Origin: Lama glama | Taxonomy: Eukaryota | DNA: 64,000 nucleotides | Reading direction: 5' to 3' | NCBI GenBank assembly: GCA_028534125.1 | Contig: CM052817.1 | Coordinates: 101,868,001-101,932,000 of the forward strand | Shown: piece by piece, positions 61,965-64,000 of the stretch | Position numbering within the stretch: position 1 is the first letter of the stretch | Layout of the letters: each line of letters opens with the position of its first letter | The notes under the pieces: generated by a model | Seen by the model: the letters and a program-made list of their open reading frames with translations, nothing else | Database searches by the model: none | What the model was told of the DNA's origin: nothing | Made by a program: the position numbers and the translations under genes

Positions 61965-64000
61965 ATGTTAGGCGGGACACCGACAGGCGGCAACCTGATT
62001 AGACCCTGCGTCACCGCGTCACCGCGTCACACATCACTGCGTCCGTGGGAGGGGCTTGTTGATGCTGCAGAGACCGCTGTGGGTGGTCAGCCTTCACCGC
62101 CCAGGGCAGCGGGTGCAGAAGGTGGGGCAGGGAGCAGGGGCACCGTCCACCGCTTCCCTTCTTCCCAGAGGGAGGGATGGGGCGGAGAAGTGGAGGGAAC
62201 CGAGGTTGGCCGGCCTGCTGCCTCGCTGGCCTCCGTGGTCCCTGCCCTGCGGCCCGAGCTGTGGTTGATGGGCGGCAAGGGGAGGGCGGCAGACTTCCTG
62301 GATCTCTGACTCTCCCTCCTAAATAATTACCCATCAAGGAGCTGGAAAAAAGAAAAGAAAAGAAAAGAAACGAAAAGAAAAGAAAAGAGAAAAGCAAAGC
62401 AAAGCAAAGCAAAGCAAAGCAAAGCTGCCTGGCACCATCTTTCCTGGCCCTGCGTTCCAGAGCTCTGTCCTTCCCTCTCTCCTAGTCTCCTCTCCGCCTC
62501 TCCCCTCAGCCCCGTGTGAGGACCAAGTGAAGCCGAGAACGCGTGGGCTGCGGAGGAGGAGCGGGGTCGGGTGTGTAACAGGAGGGGGTCTCCTGTGTGT
62601 GCGCCAGACCCACCCAGAGCAGACCCCCTGGAGCTCCGTAGGTGCCTTTGGGTGGCTCTGTTCAGGGAGGGCCTCAGAAAGATGCGCTCCGAGTTGGGAC
62701 TTCCCGAAGGTTCCTCAGTGTCCTGAGCCCTGGATTTTTCTGTCCTTCAGCCGCCTTCTGCTTCTGCTTTCCTCCTTGACAAACTGGATGTGGCCCATGA
62801 AATCAAGCCCTCTCCTGCCACCACCCGTGCTTTTTTGCCTCGGTGTCCCTCAGACCCTCCAGCCTGGCCTTGATCGCGCGTGTGTGTTCCTTGTTTATAC
62901 CCCGGCTGCAGCCGGCAGCTGTAGAAGGCCACTCGGCCCCACAGGTAGAAGGGAGCCACTCCACACAAGCGGCCTCGACCACAGCTGGGCATGTAGCGCC
63001 CCCAGAAGCCTTCTGCTTACTAGTATTTTACACTCCAGATAGAAGGATTTCCAGACCTTCACCCCTGTCCTTAAACATTTGCTACTTACTGCACCACCCG
63101 ACCTGCCCGACCCAGCCACACACACTCCTTCATGGAGTGGCGATCGATCGACCCCCCTCTGCAACATTTCAAAGAGCCAAATAGAATCATCGAATTAGGA
63201 AGTCCATTATTTTGAAGAATTTACCTAAAGACAAAGGGGAGAATGGAGCAAAGGAGAGTGCGGGCCCCTCCAAAGGGAAGGAAGCCAAGTGTCAAATCCC
63301 CAATGCCTCAGGCTTCCTTTCCACCCCACCTCCCTCACGTCTTGCCTGCGGGTCAAGGTCAGCTCAGACACCCGTCCCCCTCCGCGGGGCAGTGACAGCT
63401 TCCCGCGGGCACCTGCACAGGTCGCATCCCCGTTTTTCCTTAGATGCTCCATTTTAGACTCAAGATGTCTGTGGTTAGACTTCGTTTTCCACTGCGATTT
63501 GATTTATAGTTTTACTCTGGGCTGTGTTCCCTGGGGCATATTTAGATTCCTGCTCAGTGGCTAACTGGTTTTTCGGTTCTACCAACGTTTCTCCACTTTG
63601 GACCTAAGAGCCACAGAAATGTGCACGGAGAATCCAGGAGTCTGCATTTGACTCTTTGAACAGAAAGTCTTTAAATGTCCAGGGGCTTGGGGAGCAAAGG
63701 CCTCTTTCCACTGCTCAGGGGATGGCCAGTCGCGTAGTTAGGCTTTGTCGTGCATTGGTCAAAGGCCACCTTAACTTTCCAGAGAGGGGCAATCGGCCAG
63801 GCTAGCGATTGTGAGCTTGAGAGGGGCACATGCATTCACTTAGGCAAGGTGGGACCCTGCCAATTCGGACGCGCTGCCAGTTGGACGCGCTCCCTGAGGA
63901 GAGCCAGAGAGAGCGGAGGGCTGGCCTGGGGTTCTGGCCTGACTAGTGAGCAGTCGTTTTCAATGTATGGAGTGTCTAGTGAACACCAGCCAGAACAGCC
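61965..64000. promoter_or_regulatory. CpG-enriched, GC-rich promoter/enhancer-like region; gene not identified
   Basis: A visible rise in GC and CpG content with no recognisable interspersed repeat. GC boxes (GGGGCGG at about 62178, GGAGGGCGG at about 62281), CCAAT motifs at 63754-63758 (minus) and 63860-63864, and a DR1-like TGGTCA-A-AGGCCA at 63756-63768. Confidence 0.5.
62346..62425. repeat. Compound pentanucleotide microsatellite (AAAAG)n-(AAAGC)7
   Basis: Read directly from the sequence. Confidence 0.95.

Overview
Mammalian genomic DNA, very probably camelid (Vicugna/Lama/Camelus), judged from Vic-1-type tRNA-derived SINEs and camelid-type L1 3' ends. The window is repeat-rich (L2, MIR, MLT1/MaLR, L1, ERV1 solo LTRs, MER2/MER3/MER97-type DNA transposons). 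I found no intact protein-coding exon, and the ORF track is essentially noise. The main structure is a three-level nested retro-insertion at 37149-39718. A Vic-1-type SINE (minus strand) was split by a 5'-truncated PKM processed pseudogene of the M2 isoform (minus strand, own TSD). That pseudogene was in turn split by an oppositely oriented RIMKLA processed pseudogene (plus strand, own poly(A)), with about 24 nt of PKM missing at the junction instead of a normal TSD. Other notable structures: a 104-bp, 94%-identical local inverted duplication (11273-11376 / 12245-12348); a 32-bp minisatellite with a 96-bp higher-order repeat (28351-28701); a twin-primed, 5'-inverted L1 inside a MER2; two related ERV1 solo LTRs in opposite orientation; and a CpG-rich, promoter-like zone in the last 2 kb. 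All gene and repeat-family names come from recalled sequence, not database searches. I do not see a new functional biological system. The nested retrocopy is the best candidate for something undescribed.
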